Shown here piece after piece: positions 1-12,831 of a DNA stretch of 61,717 nt. Position 1 is the first letter of the stretch, and each line of letters begins with the position of its first letter. A program made the position numbers and the translations under genes. Below the pieces are notes generated by a model that was not told the origin of the DNA, searched no databases, and saw only the letters and a list, made by a program, of their open reading frames with translations. Origin of the DNA: Octopus bimaculoides (lineage: Eukaryota); NCBI RefSeq assembly GCF_001194135.2, contig NC_068984.1, positions 52,372,701 to 52,434,417 of the forward strand, written 5' to 3'.

Positions 1-114
1 ATACATATATATATACATACACATATATATATACATACATATATATATACATACATATATATATACATATATATATACATACATACACATATATATATAT
101 ACATATATATATAC

Positions 115-155
<41 letters not shown>
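1..155. repeat. Compound (AT)n/(ACAT)n microsatellite
   Basis: Directly visible dinucleotide/tetranucleotide run. Confidence 0.95.
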
Positions 156-158
<3 letters not shown>

Positions 159-386
159 TTTTACTCGTTTCAGCCATTTGACTACGGCCATGCTGGAGCA
201 CTGCCTTTATAGTCGAGCAAATCAACCCTAGAACTTATTCTTTGTAAGCCTAGTACTTATTCTATTGGTCTCTTTTGCCAAACCGCTAAATTACGGGGAC
301 GTAAATACACCAGCATCGGTTGTCAAGCGATGCTGGGGGGACAAACAAACACACAACATATACACACATATACATACATATATATA

Positions 387-436
<50 letters not shown>

Positions 437-581
437 CGACAGGCTTCTTCCAGTTTCCTTCTACCAAATCCACTCACAAGGCTTTAGTCAGCCTGAGGCT
501 ACAGTAGAAGATATTTTCCCAAGGTGCCACACAGGGACCATGTGGCTGGTAAGCAAGCTACTTACCACACAGCCACTCCTG
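156..581 (-). mobile_element. tRNA-derived SINE, family A (internal microsatellite)
   Basis: Minus strand reads a head with TGGCTGTGTGG (A-box-like), body ...CCTTGGGAAAATATCTTCTACTGTAGCC..., an internal (AT/AC)n tract and a tail ending GAAACGAGTAAAAGA. The same layout recurs about 10 times in the window. Confidence 0.8.
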
Positions 582-1299
582 NNNNNNNNNNNNNNNNNNN
601 NNNNNNNNNNNNNNNNNNNNNNNNNNNNNNNNNNNNNNNNNNNNNNNNNNNNNNNNNNNNNNNNNNNNNNNNNNNNNNNNNATAAAGTATCACTAACATT
701 ATTAATAATAATGTTAATAATCGAGTGGCTAGCAAGTTTAGACATTGAAAGGTAAAATATAAATAAAATACACATTATTGAAATATCACTTGCTATGAAC
801 AGAACTATCACTCTAAACCACAATTTACTCATTATAAAAATATACGCAGTGGATGGTATAAACATAACAGGAACAGTGTATCATATATCTGATAAAGAAG
901 CACACTCTAAAGCATAATGCAGTAATTATTTATACGCAGTTAAGTATATGCCTAATCATAGAGTGACCAATGTTTTTACATCCATAAAGGGTTTAGCCCC
1001 ATGGGCAACTTGTCAGACTCTAAAGCCAAAGGCATATGGTTCTTCAACCCTCGAAGGTAGGATTCCATGTATGTTTGTATATATGTTTGTATGTATGTAT
1101 GTATGTATGTATGGGTGGATGGATGGATGGAGGGATGTCATGTGAAAACAATGTGTCTGGTGATCCACCAGCATTCTGAGCAAAGCCCTGTTTTCAATTC
1201 ATAAGCCTGAAATGTTTCTCTGAGACAAATTATTACAGCTAATGCTGTTTCACATTAGTTTACATTCTGTAAATGTTATACACACCAATATGGCATGTT

Positions 1300-1330
<31 letters not shown>

Positions 1331-1376
1331 CGAAACAGTTGATCTTGAAGCAGATGAAGCTATAAATAATTCTTTC

Positions 1377-1942
1377 GGATCTTTTTTAAAACGGGGGCCA
1401 CATTTTTCATTAATGTTTTACGTAGTGTTTTTGGTACCGAAAGACTTTCAAACTTTGTATACTTATCTATTTTGTGTTATAGAACAGAAAAATATTTTTG
1501 GATTCGAATTTATTTCGTGTAAAAAATTGTCTTATTTCGATAATTTCAACCAATCACTGACGTCCATTCAGCCGATATACATAAAGTGCCGACTACATAA
1601 ACAAACGATTCTTCGTTTTATTTGCTTTTTTCATTTTAAATTTGCTTTAACCCTAACCCTAGGGTTAGGGTTAGAGTTAAGGTTAGGGTTAGGGTTAGGG
1701 TTAATTGTTTCAGAATCGTTTGTTTATGTAGTCGGCACTTAATGTATATCGGCTGAATGGACGTCAGTGATTGGTTGAAATTACAGAAATACGACAACTT
1801 TAACATGGAATAATTTATGGATTTCTTTTTTTTTAAAGAAGACGAAGAGAAAAAGATGTTTTATATGACACATTCTACCAGTGTTCCAAGTTTCAAACTG
1901 TTTCGTTAATGAAAAATGTGGCCCCCGTTTTAAAAAAGATCC
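1377..1942. mobile_element. Non-autonomous TIR DNA transposon with 8-bp TSD and internal TTAGGG core
   Basis: Perfect 37-bp TIRs (1377-1413, 1906-1942) starting GGATC; TSD ATTCTTTC at 1369-1376 and 1943-1950; inner inverted repeat about 1541-1609 versus 1712-1783. Confidence 0.9.
1648..1702. repeat. Head-to-head telomeric-type repeat (CCCTAA)2 / (TTAGGG)n
   Basis: TAACCCTAACCCT-AGGGTTAGGGTTAGAGTTAAGGTTAGGGTTAGGGTTAGGGTT. Confidence 0.9.
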
Positions 1943-1954
1943 ATTCTTTCTTGT

Positions 1955-2156
1955 ATAAGCACAAGGCCTGAAATTTTGGAGCAATGGCAGGGCAGGGGGC
2001 TAGTCAATTGCATGAAGCCCTGTGATCAACTGGTACTTGAAAATGATGAATGGCAAAGTTGACCTTGATGGAATTTGAACTCAGAACATAAACCTGAAAG
2101 AAATGTTGCTAAGCATTTTGCCCAGGGTGCTAATGATTCTGTCAGCTCACCACCTT
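1955..2156 (-). mobile_element. tRNA-derived SINE, family B
   Basis: Minus strand: GGTGAGCTGACAGAATCATTAGCACC...TTCTGAGTTCAAATTCC (B-box-like)...GGTCAACTTTGCC...AAGTACCAGTTG. Matches the plus copy at 36338-36580. Confidence 0.8.
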
Positions 2157-2649
2157 AAATAAACATTGGATTAAAAATCCCTTTAGACCGAAAAAACTGA
2201 AGGCCACCAGTAGGACAGTAGGACTTTCTTATACATGTTCATAGTAAATGTTGGCTTGAATCTTTAACCCAATATTAGGTTATTTAACCCAATAGCTTTT
2301 GCATACTATTATTTGTAGCTTTATCATTTGCATCGAGATCCATTGTTCAAAAAAAAAAAATGAAAAATTATTTTACATTTTCTTGAAGTTTAGAAATTCT
2401 TCTGGTGTTAGTACTAATTTTTTTTTTTTTTTAATAATATCAAATACTACCCCAACAACAGATTCTACCCAATGATGAAACATGACTGATGTACATCAAA
2501 TATGCAATGAATATTGATAAAGCCAAGTAGCTTCACAGAGTTTATTGTGTCCCCCAAAATAAAAACAAAAACTGTTTTATTAAAATTTCATCTTGAGAAT
2601 ATTTCCAGGATGCAAATCTTTGTGAGAAACGGCTTCAATAACAACCACC

Positions 2650-2720
2650 ATTTACATACACGCATACATACATACATATGAATGTATATGTGTGTGTATA
2701 TATGTGTGTGTGAGTGTGTA

Positions 2721-2751
<31 letters not shown>

Positions 2752-2766
2752 GTGCGTGTGTGTGTG

Positions 2767-2813
<47 letters not shown>

Positions 2814-2816
2814 ATG

Positions 2817-2852
<36 letters not shown>

Positions 2853-2920
2853 AGTATATATGTATATATATAAATGTATGTATGTATGTGTGTGTGTAAA
2901 TACATATATGTGTGTATATG

Positions 2921-2951
<31 letters not shown>

Positions 2952-3090
2952 AAATACATATATGTGTGTATATGTATATATATATATATATGTATGTATG
3001 TATGTATGTGTGTGTAAAGAGAGAGAAGAGTAGAAAGAGATATATACATACTTTCACACACACAAACATACATACATACATACACATGCC
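2650..3090. repeat. Compound (TG)/(TA)/(TATG) microsatellite block
   Basis: Visible; it is the source of several spurious ORFs. Confidence 0.95.
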
Positions 3091-3129
3091 AGTGCACATT
3101 CACATGAATTGCATCTGTCAAGACCATAT

Positions 3130-3600
3130 GTATGTCTGAAGTAAGATATCATGGCCATAGAAAAAGGATAGCTGGAGGCCATAAGACATAAAGAACCAGC
3201 TCTCGTTACTGTAGCTAACACAAATTGTAAAAGATGTTTGACCGAATTTCATATTAAGAAAGATGTATTTGTGTATTATTTGTTTTCTTTGCATGATATC
3301 TAACCAATATTTCAAGAAAGTTTCACTATAGAAACAAGCCAAAATCAAGCATAGTTTATGCAACCTCAATGTTGAGGTCATGAAAATGTCAAGGATTTTC
3401 GAGGTTACTACGTGTCAAGGATTTACAAATGGTGCTGTGGTTCAGATAGACAAGGCAGCTGCAAGAATTAGCAGCTATCACAGATTTATCAAATTGCACA
3501 TCATTTCAGCACATTATTTCAGCACATTATTTCAGTGAAGAAGTCAATGAGGTTCTCGACAACATCTATGATGATGAAGTAATTTGATGAGAAAATAAAA
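3130..3600 (+). pseudogene. Very degenerate hAT (Buster-like) transposase fragment
   Basis: My translation gives FTNGAVV (compare CTDGAxAM) and EVNEVLDN (compare ELNEVLND), with many stops and frameshifts. Confidence 0.3.
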
Positions 3601-3686
3601 TTCATAGAAATTCATTTTGCTAGTTCTAGTAACATATAAATACATCCACATAAAGATACATGCATACAGTCTCTTTCTCTTTCTTT

Positions 3687-3794
<108 letters not shown>

Positions 3795-5838
3795 AAATAA
3801 TGATTACTAATTTAAAGTAAGTTTAAGAATGACAATGGAACATTTACTGATGGATGAATTCTCTAATGAGAGTCAAATCAATTATAATTAAAAATTTATG
3901 TGGACTGGAATTTTAAAGTTTTACTTGAAGGGTTATTCAACTTGTCAATAGCTCAATAAGCTGTCTGCTGAAACTTAAAGTCTCAGTTAAAATGAATCTT
4001 AAGAATTAGGTAAGATTATACAACAATCAAAAAAGTACTCATTAACTCTCTCCGTCTCTCTCTCTCTCACTTTTTTCATGGGATTTCAGTTTTTACACCT
4101 TGAACAATTGCATTAGCCTAGTGGTGTGAAGAGAGACAATTGAGTGAGAGAAGCTATTATGGAGCTTGATGTGAAGAATGGATTTTGTCAGGTTGAAATA
4201 CTTTTTCATATTCATGTATAATGTGTTTCCATCCTCAATGAATTTTCAATGGTGGGGGTTGAATTAACATACTTAACTGTCATTGGTATGGAGGCTATGT
4301 AACAGTGTGGCATATTCTAGTAGTATGCAAGTCTTCCTTGACAGACTATGTCTTGTGGTATAACTAAGTATTGAACATCAATAGCAAGTTGCAACTGATT
4401 ATTTTCCATCGTGAAGGCAATAAAATGTAATGCTTGAAATTAGACAAAGGAAAGCCAAGACTCTTGACTTCTGATTGGTGCTGATGGCCAGAAGGTAACT
4501 AGTGGATCAGAAAGAAGTACTTATGTTCTGAAGCCATATTGTAATCTGACATGACAGAAAAAAATTCTGATTATGAAAGTAATATGAAGTGGAGAGATGA
4601 ATGGAGGTGCCAAAAATATAAGAAACCCAGGAATCATGAGCAGTACAAGGATTGTCAGTCAGTTACACAAAGTCCAGTCTGGTCGGAATTGGACTTAAGA
4701 GAACCAACACAATAGATTAAGGATTTGTGAAATGAAGAAGGAGATAGAGAAAGCTTCATCATGGATATGATAAGGTTTGAGAATGAAAAAACAAATCTCC
4801 AGCAAGTATTACAACAAAATAATTGTTGGGTGGCTACAGTTATCCTTGATTTACATGAATGATAGGAAAGGAAAAGCATGTTACATGTGGATCAAAAGGA
4901 CTCCGATAGTCTCTGGTAGTATCAATGCTACTCTAAAAGCATGGAAATAATTGTGATTGTGATCACCAGTTGATAGCTGATGAATGGAATGTCTCACAGT
5001 GCATGCTGTTTATAAAATAATATATGCGTAAGTGTGAGTGTGTGTGTGTGTGTATTAAGTATTTATTTACACCACTGACTAATGCACAATATGCAAATTA
5101 GCATTGTTATTTTTGCTAAGTGCTAGTTTACGATAAATGTAAGCAGCAGTTGCTGTGAAGTTCTCTTCATAAGCAGAAAAGTGAGGGATGTTTGTTCAAT
5201 TAGCCATGAAATATGTCAGAACAATCTTATTTTTCAGAATTCAGAAACAATATTGGTTTCAAATTTTGGCACAAAACCAGCACATTTAAGAGAGAAGGGG
5301 GAAGTTGGTTACATCGACTTCAGTGCTCAACTGGTAGTTAATTGACTGACCCTAAGCAATAATAATAACGAGTATTCCCTTTCTTTTACTTACTGCAACA
5401 GAGACATTACAAACTACATTAGATTTACTATATACATATATATATATATATATAGTTGAAATTTACAGAAAGACTGGGGACTGGGAAGAGTCATTCTCTT
5501 TTAGTACCTTATTATTTAACACATTCACAGGTTCAATTTCCACTCATTTACTTATTTATTTTTTCTAAAAGTTTTTGTTGTGTCTTGCAACATTTTCAAT
5601 AGTCGTTAACTGTCAATTATCCGAACTGCGTTCTTTTTGTTTGTGCCCATGTGTGTGCATCAGTGTGCATGTGTATACACATATGTATGTATGTATATAT
5701 GTATGCATGTATGTATGTATGCATGTATGTGTATGCATATATATATATGTATGCATGTGTGTACATATGTATGTATGTATGTATGTATTCTGCATATTCA
5801 TATGTTTGTGTGTTCATGATTGTGTGTTTGTGTGTATA

Positions 5839-5890
<52 letters not shown>

Positions 5891-6018
5891 TCCTTGTGTG
5901 TGCATGTCTGAGTGTGTCTATGTGCATGGATTGTGTGACTATGTACATGTGTCTAATTTTTAGGATCCAATAGAATCAAGGTATTCAAAGAACAAAGGCA
6001 CCAAAGTAGAGTTGGGGC

Positions 6019-6689
6019 CAGTGGCGGCTAGTGTATAGGCACTGCAGAACTACATTACCCCCTATTTCCACTTGATATTATCGATAACATTCAATATAAT
6101 GAGTCCTTTTTTCTTTACACTTGTACATTATATAATCCTTAAGCTTAATGTCAGTAGCCATCCCCTAGCTTATGAAAAAAATACAAAAATCCTTGTATAA
6201 AACTGTGTGCTTCACAGTTCCAGCAATCTGGTGTTTGGCTGTTGTGCACATGCTCACATGTCCAAGATAGGAAGCTGCATGCTAGGGAGAGACAGCACTG
6301 TCATTCACACAGTGCTGGTGAAAGGTAGTGTTTCTTTTTGACTCTGAATGTGTTGTGCTTAAAAACATGTTTATATTCTTGAATGTGATAAAGTGTAGAA
6401 TTAGATTATTATCCTGCTTCCAGCTTCAGTGTTGCTGCCAGAATTTGAAAAATAGGGCAGATTTTCCCCCTTATTTTGTGATTTAGGGGGGATTTTTGAA
6501 AAACAAGGGGGAATTCATGGCAGTGTTCAGTGAATAAATTAAACACACTACCCGGCAGTGGCTAAAACATGAACTGATCAAGTTTATGTATAAATATTCT
6601 TTTTATATGTTTGTCTCCTTTTATTAAAACAACAGTTAAAAATGTTCTGAAGCAGCACCCCCACTAATTTTATCTACAAGCTGCCACTG
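6019..6689. mobile_element. Non-autonomous hAT-type element
   Basis: TIRs CAGTGGCGGCTAGTGTATA and TATCTACAAGCTGCCACTG; 8-bp TSD GTTGGGGC (6011-6018) versus GTTGGGGA (6690-6697). CAG termini plus an 8-bp TSD are typical of hAT. Confidence 0.75.
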
Positions 6690-6860
6690 GTTGGGGATTG
6701 CACACTGTGCACTAACAATATGTATGGACACATACGTGCTTACTAAAGTAAATATGGATTTGTCCTTCCAACTATGCATACATTCACAAGTATTGACCAA
6801 ATAAATAATGTATATTTGAGGCTTAAGTTGTGAAATTAAAAATTTGGTTTCAATAAACTC

Positions 6861-6896
<36 letters not shown>

Positions 6897-6898
6897 TA

Positions 6899-7206
6899 AG
6901 ACAATATTCGTAGACCCGGAGGGTAGACTGGTTGACCTGGATGTTGATGGCAGCAATGGGTGTACTTTTTGACTCATATCAGCATTTGCAACCTCTCCTA
7001 TTATGCCCAAGAAGTCTAGATGCATGTCCAAGGTAGCATTCCAATCCTCCACTAAAAGTAAAGGATGAGACATTCCTAGGAACACTTCCAGACATTGAAA
7101 GAAATCTGGCTGACCTGTTAAAGGCGGTGCGTAGACTGATATGAGTCAAAAAGCACACCTATTGCTGCAATCGACATCCAAGACAACCAGTCTACGAATA
7201 TTGTCT
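6899..7206. mobile_element. MITE-like element with about 70-bp imperfect TIRs
   Basis: AGACAATATTCGTAGA...CTGGTTGACCTGGATGTTGATGGCAGCAATGGGTGTACTTTTTGACTCATATCAG is mirrored by CTGATATGAGTCAAAAAGCACACCTATTGCTGCAATCGACATCCAAGACAACCAGTCTACGAATATTGTCT. Confidence 0.7.
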
Positions 7207-7631
7207 TTATTTTGAGATGGATAGATGGATGGATGGAAGGATGGATCGATGGATCAATCGATAGATAGATAGATATATAGATAAGTATCTCGCAATCTGG
7301 ATTACCAAATAATGAACACCAGTTCCAACAGAACCATCCGGTCCAATTGTGTTATAAACTCTGACTTAGACCCACCTTTACCAGCAACATGTCAACCTAG
7401 ATTAACCTCACTAGGATGGCACTCTAACTATCATACAAACAAAAAATCCTGAAATTGTCATGCATCCAATTTATGCCCCCTTGAAGGCTTTTGCTTACAC
7501 AAAAATGTAATATATAAATGCACCGTGTTGACACCCCACAACCAGCAAACAATGATATATAATGGGAGTACAGTAGACTTTGAGTGTAGATATTATGCAC
7601 ATATTAATTCTTTTATTAATCTTAAAACCAA

Positions 7632-7985
7632 AGCTTGAAGAATTTTTAGTCAACTGAATCAACTCCAGTACTTTTTTAAAAAAAATACCTGGTACTTATT
7701 CTTTTAGTCTCTATTGCTGGACCACTAAGTTACATGGATGTAAACACACAAACACCAGTTGTCTAGTGGTGGTAGGGGACAAACACACACACACACACAC
7801 ATATATGTATTTATACGACTGGCTTCTTTCAGTCTCCATCCACCAAATCCACTCACAAAGCTTTGTTTGGCCCAAGGCCATAGTGTTATAGAAGGTACTT
7901 GTCCAAGGTGCCATGCAGTGGGACTGAACCTGGGACAATGTAGTTGGGAAGCAAGCTTCTTACCACACAGCCTTGCCAGCACCTA
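7632..7985 (-). mobile_element. SINE family A
   Basis: Same head, body and internal (CA)n layout as 156-581. Confidence 0.75.
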
Positions 7986-8335
7986 TATGAGTATTTACTG
8001 ACTTTAGTCAAACCTTCAGTCAGACCCCAACCCACAGTCTTAAGCTGATACACAAACCATGCATCTCATTCTTCTCTGATACAACTTTCCTGTTGTCTGA
8101 TTCTAACTCATCTCTACTTTCCAGTCTATACTCTTCCACTGACCAGCAGTTGTTTGATTTTTCAGGCAATAATAATTTTATCACAGAAGTATTTTGCTGT
8201 GTTCTTAGTGAACTTTTATATGCTGAGTCTAAATATGAAGTCAGATATTTTCTGTGGGGCTTTATTTTCTGGTGACACTGTGTTAATTTTTTTTCCCTAG
8301 GACTTTAGCATAATCGCTGGATAAAAAAAAGGTAA

Positions 8336-8363
8336 AAGAAGCCCGTCGTATATATGTATATGT

Positions 8364-8402
<39 letters not shown>

Positions 8403-8563
8403 TGTGTTTGTCCCCCTAGCATTGTTTGACAACCGATGCTGGTGTGTTTACATCCCCGTCACTTAGCGCTTCGGCAAAAGAGACCGATAGAATAAGTACT
8501 AGGCTTACAAAGAATAAGTCCCGGGGTCGATTTTCTCGACTAAAGGCGGTGCTCCAGCATGGC
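8336..8563 (+). mobile_element. SINE family A, 5'-truncated
   Basis: AAAGAAGCCCGTCG-(TA/TG)n-GTTTGTCCCC...GCTCCAGCATGGCTACAGTC...GAAACAAGTAAAA. Confidence 0.8.
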
Positions 8564-9227
8564 TACAGTCAAATGCCTGAAACAAGTAAAAAAGTGAAAG
8601 AGTATATTTGTATTGATAAATATTTTCTGTAAATTTTTATATAAATTAAGTGCAATCTTTTCTGTTGTGAAGAAATTTCCAATAATATTGACAGGATAAA
8701 TTTAATCAGGGCAGCAAGTTAAAATATGTTTAGATTCATTCAAACATGAGCCAAGTATCTGTGTGTTGAGCAGCTCAAAGTCACTCTGTTTGAAAATACC
8801 ACAGTGTAAAATTAAAATTAATAGATAGTGTGTGCTGTGTCTTGTTGATTTTACACTAGTATGTTCATGTAAATGCTTTGTAATGCCATTAAATTGTCTG
8901 AATTATCCTTATTCCACCTGCCAGGTATGTGATAATCTCTCTAAAATCCCAGAAATGTAAACGTTATAACATTAGTAAAAGAAATGCTATGAACTCTAAT
9001 TTTAGATCTAAAAAGGGTGATTAGGTCAAGAATTGAGTCCCTCGCATTTTAAGTGGAGGGCATGCAGGATCACTAATAGGATGGCTAAATGGTTCATGTC
9101 ATATGTTATTTGCTATTCAACTGATTTGGAGGAGACATAATCACAATCACACTGTTATTTCTGTTTTTACCCCGCTAAAACCAAAGAGCTTAATTAAATA
9201 CCCTAATCTATAAATATTTAAACAATT

Positions 9228-9780
9228 TACATGTTGACCCCAATAAAGTCTTCCTTCCTTCTTTTGCAATCAAATCTGGAAAAATTTTGGTAAAGCTACA
9301 GATAAAGTACAACCTAAATTCAAATACTTGAACAATAAGCTTCCTTGGATCAATGATACCAAAATTAAAAATGGCATTTTTGTTAGTCCTCAGACTAGAG
9401 AATTGTCAGGAGATTAAAGATGTAAAAGAGATTTGACTCCAAGTTGAGAAAGTTGGACTGCAAAGTTTCAGAAGTTTTTGTGCTAACTTTTTGAGAAATT
9501 ACAAGGCAGAATACAAATCTGAAATTGTAGGAGACCTTCTTAAGTCTTACCAACTAATGGGGTGAAATATTTTATTTCTTGGACTCTAACCTTTTCCCAG
9601 AACATTTGAGTGTGGTGAGCAGCAAACATGGTGCGCTTTTTTTTCATTAAAATATTTCTATCATGGAAAAGTATTACCAAAGAAACAGGAGCCCCATTAT
9701 GCTTGCTGAATACTGCTGGAGTCTTAAGAGTGAAATGTTTGAGGAAAAGTATCACAGAAAATCAAATCCAACTACTTTTT
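9228..9780 (+). pseudogene. Degenerate DNA transposase C-terminal half, Chapaev3-like (CMC)
   Basis: Translates to VDPNKVFLPSFAIKSG, FKYLNNKLPWINDTKIKNGIFVSPQTREL and ISIMEKYYQRNRSPIMLAEYCWSLK. These resemble LPPLHIKLG, KIKEGIFVGPQIREL and MEKRYQGxWxxxMLADYCW. The superfamily label is from memory. Confidence 0.65.
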
Positions 9781-11214
9781 GCACTACATATATATATCCT
9801 TCCAAACCTATTTTAATAAATGTGTAACCATTTGGCAGGATCTTTAAAAAACAAATTACATTCTACAGAAAAAGGTGACCTGATAAAGAAATGTTTCAGA
9901 ATTAATTGAATTCAGCACAAAAAATACTATATTTTCCTTTTTTGGATATCATATTTTTTTTCACTTATATTCCCCAGTATTATCTCTCATTCCACAACCC
10001 CATCCTATCTTACAGGAGTAGTAGTACAAGTAATGAACCCCTCTAAAGTTGTTGTTCTTTAGTCTTGTGTTAAACTTAATCAACCAGTCATTGTGATCAA
10101 AGATTTTCTAACTTTAATCATCCCATCTTTTTTCTAGATAAGTATTTAGGCGTTTTCTTTTCCAAAATTTTAATAGCATATGGTGTGAGTTAAGGGAGAT
10201 TTGGTTGTTACTTCTAGCAACTCGAGTATACCACATAATTGGTGTGTTTGTCTCTGAGTCCTCGCCTTCAGCAGTTTCAATAAACTCTTCATATATGTTG
10301 GCACAGAGGTTGAGTTCTATGTCATCTTGAGCCCCCTGCACCATTTAGTATTATTACCAACCCACATCCAAAGTAGCATTGAAGGATATTCAAGGAGCTT
10401 GAGCCCATAACACTTTTCTTCTTCTTATCAAATTCCCTTCTTTTAGTAAGAAATTAAAAAATATATTTTAATAGAATATACTTTACTTGCACTGTTTTTC
10501 AGCTATTGATTCTGCTATTACTAAATCAATATGCAAGTCCAACTCTGTGCAGTGAACAATGTGCAAATACTAAAATTAATATATTTTTAAATTAATAAAC
10601 AAATTATTAAACAACATAATGCATAAATATATATCATTCTCACAATAAAGGAAATGTTATATTTTTCCCAATAACATCAATTTATCAATACCTCAGAATG
10701 TGTTGAGGAAACTATGTATCTGACAAACAATAAAAACAAGTTCTAAGGTCAAAAGTGTAGATTAAATATATGAAGATTGAGCAAAGTGAGAAAAATCATT
10801 GAAATATAGTTATACTTGTAACTAAATTCAATGATTTCACTCATATTCATATTGACAGAGATATAAGGAACTGCATACTTTAGCATGCTGCAATATAGCC
10901 TTATTGAAATTGGATGCCCACTATAAATAAGGAAAGAGAGTTGGATGATCTTATTTATATGGAAGGCTGAGGAGTGAATCCAAATGAGTCATATTTGGAA
11001 TTGCAAACAAGTAAGGAAGAAGTTGGAGAACATAAATATGGAAGAAAAAAAGAAGATACAAGGAGAAATTTTACTTGGATTTACAACATGAAATGACAGA
11101 AAAGAAACTGGTATATCAAAGACTGAAGCAGAGAAAGATGCAAACAGAGAGTGAAATATAGAGAAAACTGAAACAATTCTAAGTAAAGAAGAGGATGCAT
11201 TACAGTGTAAATCA

Positions 11215-11620
11215 TCATCATCATCATCATTTAGCATCTGTTTTTCATGCTGGCATGGGTAAGATGGTTTAACTGGAGCTGGTTAGCTGGAGAGCTGCAC
11301 AGGGCTTCAGTCTATTTTGGTTTGGTTTCTATAGCTGGACACCCTTACTAACACCAATCACTTCACAGAGTGTACTGGGTGTCTCTTACATGTCACTGGC
11401 ATCGGTGCCTTTTAAGTGTCACCAGTACAGGTGTCATATATGTGTCACTTGCATGGATGTCTTTTATGTGTCACCGGCATGGGTGCCTTTTGTGTATCAC
11501 CAGCACTGGCCACAGCTACAATTTCACTTAGCTTGGTGTGTCTTCTCAAGCACAGCAAATCACCAAAAGTCTCGGTTATTTGTCATCACCTCCATGAGAC
11601 TCAACATCCAAAGATGTAAA
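11215..11620 (-). mobile_element. Diverged RTE LINE 3' UTR with (GAT)n tail
   Basis: (CAT)n then TTTAGCATCTGTTTTTCATGCTGGCATGGG; a diverged homologue of the 12830 end. Confidence 0.7.
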
Positions 11621-12005
11621 CCAAATAACCAAATTGATATGGTGCTAAAGAAGAGAATAACAAACTTTTGACACAATTGAGGATATTTCACTCATCCTAC
11701 CTTACTGTTAGAATATAATTTTAAGATCCATCTTCGATTATATCAAGAAAAATGATACCTACCACAGCTTCCCAATTATGTTTAAATTGCTGAAAATGTA
11801 TTCAACACTTCCAGTAATAACTGCAAATGTAAAGCACTTCTATTCCAAACTTGAGTTAATTATGCATAAACTGTGGAGCCTATGTGGGAAAGAGAGGTTT
11901 GCTAATCTCATGTTGCTTAATATTGAGAGAAAGACATCCCTGCAGATAATGAAGTGATAAAGATTTTTAAGAATTGGCCGAGAGGAGAATGCTATTATGA
12001 TTTAT
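11620..12005 (+). pseudogene. hAT transposase C-terminal dimerization domain remnant
   Basis: From 11769: FPIMFKLLKMYSTLPVITANVKHFYSKLELI, then frameshifted ERFANLMLLNIER (compare FPNVxxLLxIxxTLPVTTAxxERSFSKLKLI...MxQERLxxLxLLxIE). It may extend upstream to about 10640 across the RTE insert. Confidence 0.8.
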
Positions 12006-12489
12006 TAAAGAATGTTGGCTTCCTTGTTCTTTAGTAGATTAAGAACATAATTTTTGTTCTTGTATTTTTCTGATAAGGATCAATATTTTTCTATTACTAC
12101 TTAAGAGCTGTGGTGATCATATTAAATAGCCCACAGTATATTTCTATAAATCTTTAATATGTAGTTTCATATTATTTCATATTTAAATATATATGCAACA
12201 GTATACTGTAATCTATATGATAAGCAAGATAAAAGTCAATATAAGAAAAACTGAATAATAATTGTAAATTAGACTCCAATATTTCAATATCTTCATATCT
12301 TTTGAAAATTTTACAATAAAAAAAAATAATTTTTTTTCACAACAAATTTCCATTTATTTTATTTAATCAGCTTTAACTATAAAAATAATGGAATTTAAGA
12401 ATATTTAATGGAATTCCAGAATATTTATCAAATATGTTAGCATTTTCCTTTATATGTATGTATATATATATATATTATATAGCAAATGA

Positions 12490-12775
12490 AGGCATGTGGC
12501 TTAGTCATGAGTTTAGTTCCCAGCGATGCATCGTGTCCTTGAGCAAGACACTTTATTTCACATTATTTCAATCTACTCAGCTGGCAAAAATGAGTAGCAC
12601 CTGCATTTCAAAGGGCCAGCCTTGTCATACTCTGTGTTATGCCAAATCTCCCTGAGAACTATGCTAAGGGTACACGTGTAAGTGGAGTGCTCAGCCATAT
12701 GCACATTAACTTCATGAGTAGGCTATTCCGTTGATCAGAACAACTGGATCCCTCATTTGTAACTGAATGCCAGTT
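12490..12775 (+). mobile_element. tRNA-derived SINE, family C (head partly deleted)
   Basis: GGCATGTGGCTTAGT...GTGTCCTTGAGCAAGACACTTTATTTCAC...CAGCTGGCAAAAATGAGTAGCACC. Confidence 0.7.
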
Positions 12776-12831
12776 TAGTAATATATAGCATATTATATGT
12801 ATACTTATATTATAATAAGTATACATATAAT

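Noticed and set aside
1648-1702. Head-to-head telomere repeats as a chromosome fusion site
   Set aside because: They sit inside a TIR element with a TSD, and the orientation is CCCTAA then TTAGGG, opposite to an end-to-end fusion.
2588-3127. Long ORFs rich in Y/I/H/T/C/V (also 5575-5973, 18253-18741, 40736-41120, 41442-41912, 58563-59024)
   Set aside because: They are translations of (AT)/(AC)/(GT) microsatellites.
10114-10344. Acidic ORF (QGAQDDIELNLCANIYEEFIETAEGEDSE)
   Set aside because: No recognisable domain or splice signals, and it partly overlaps a dispersed repeat (GGGAGATTTGG...TTCTAGCA).
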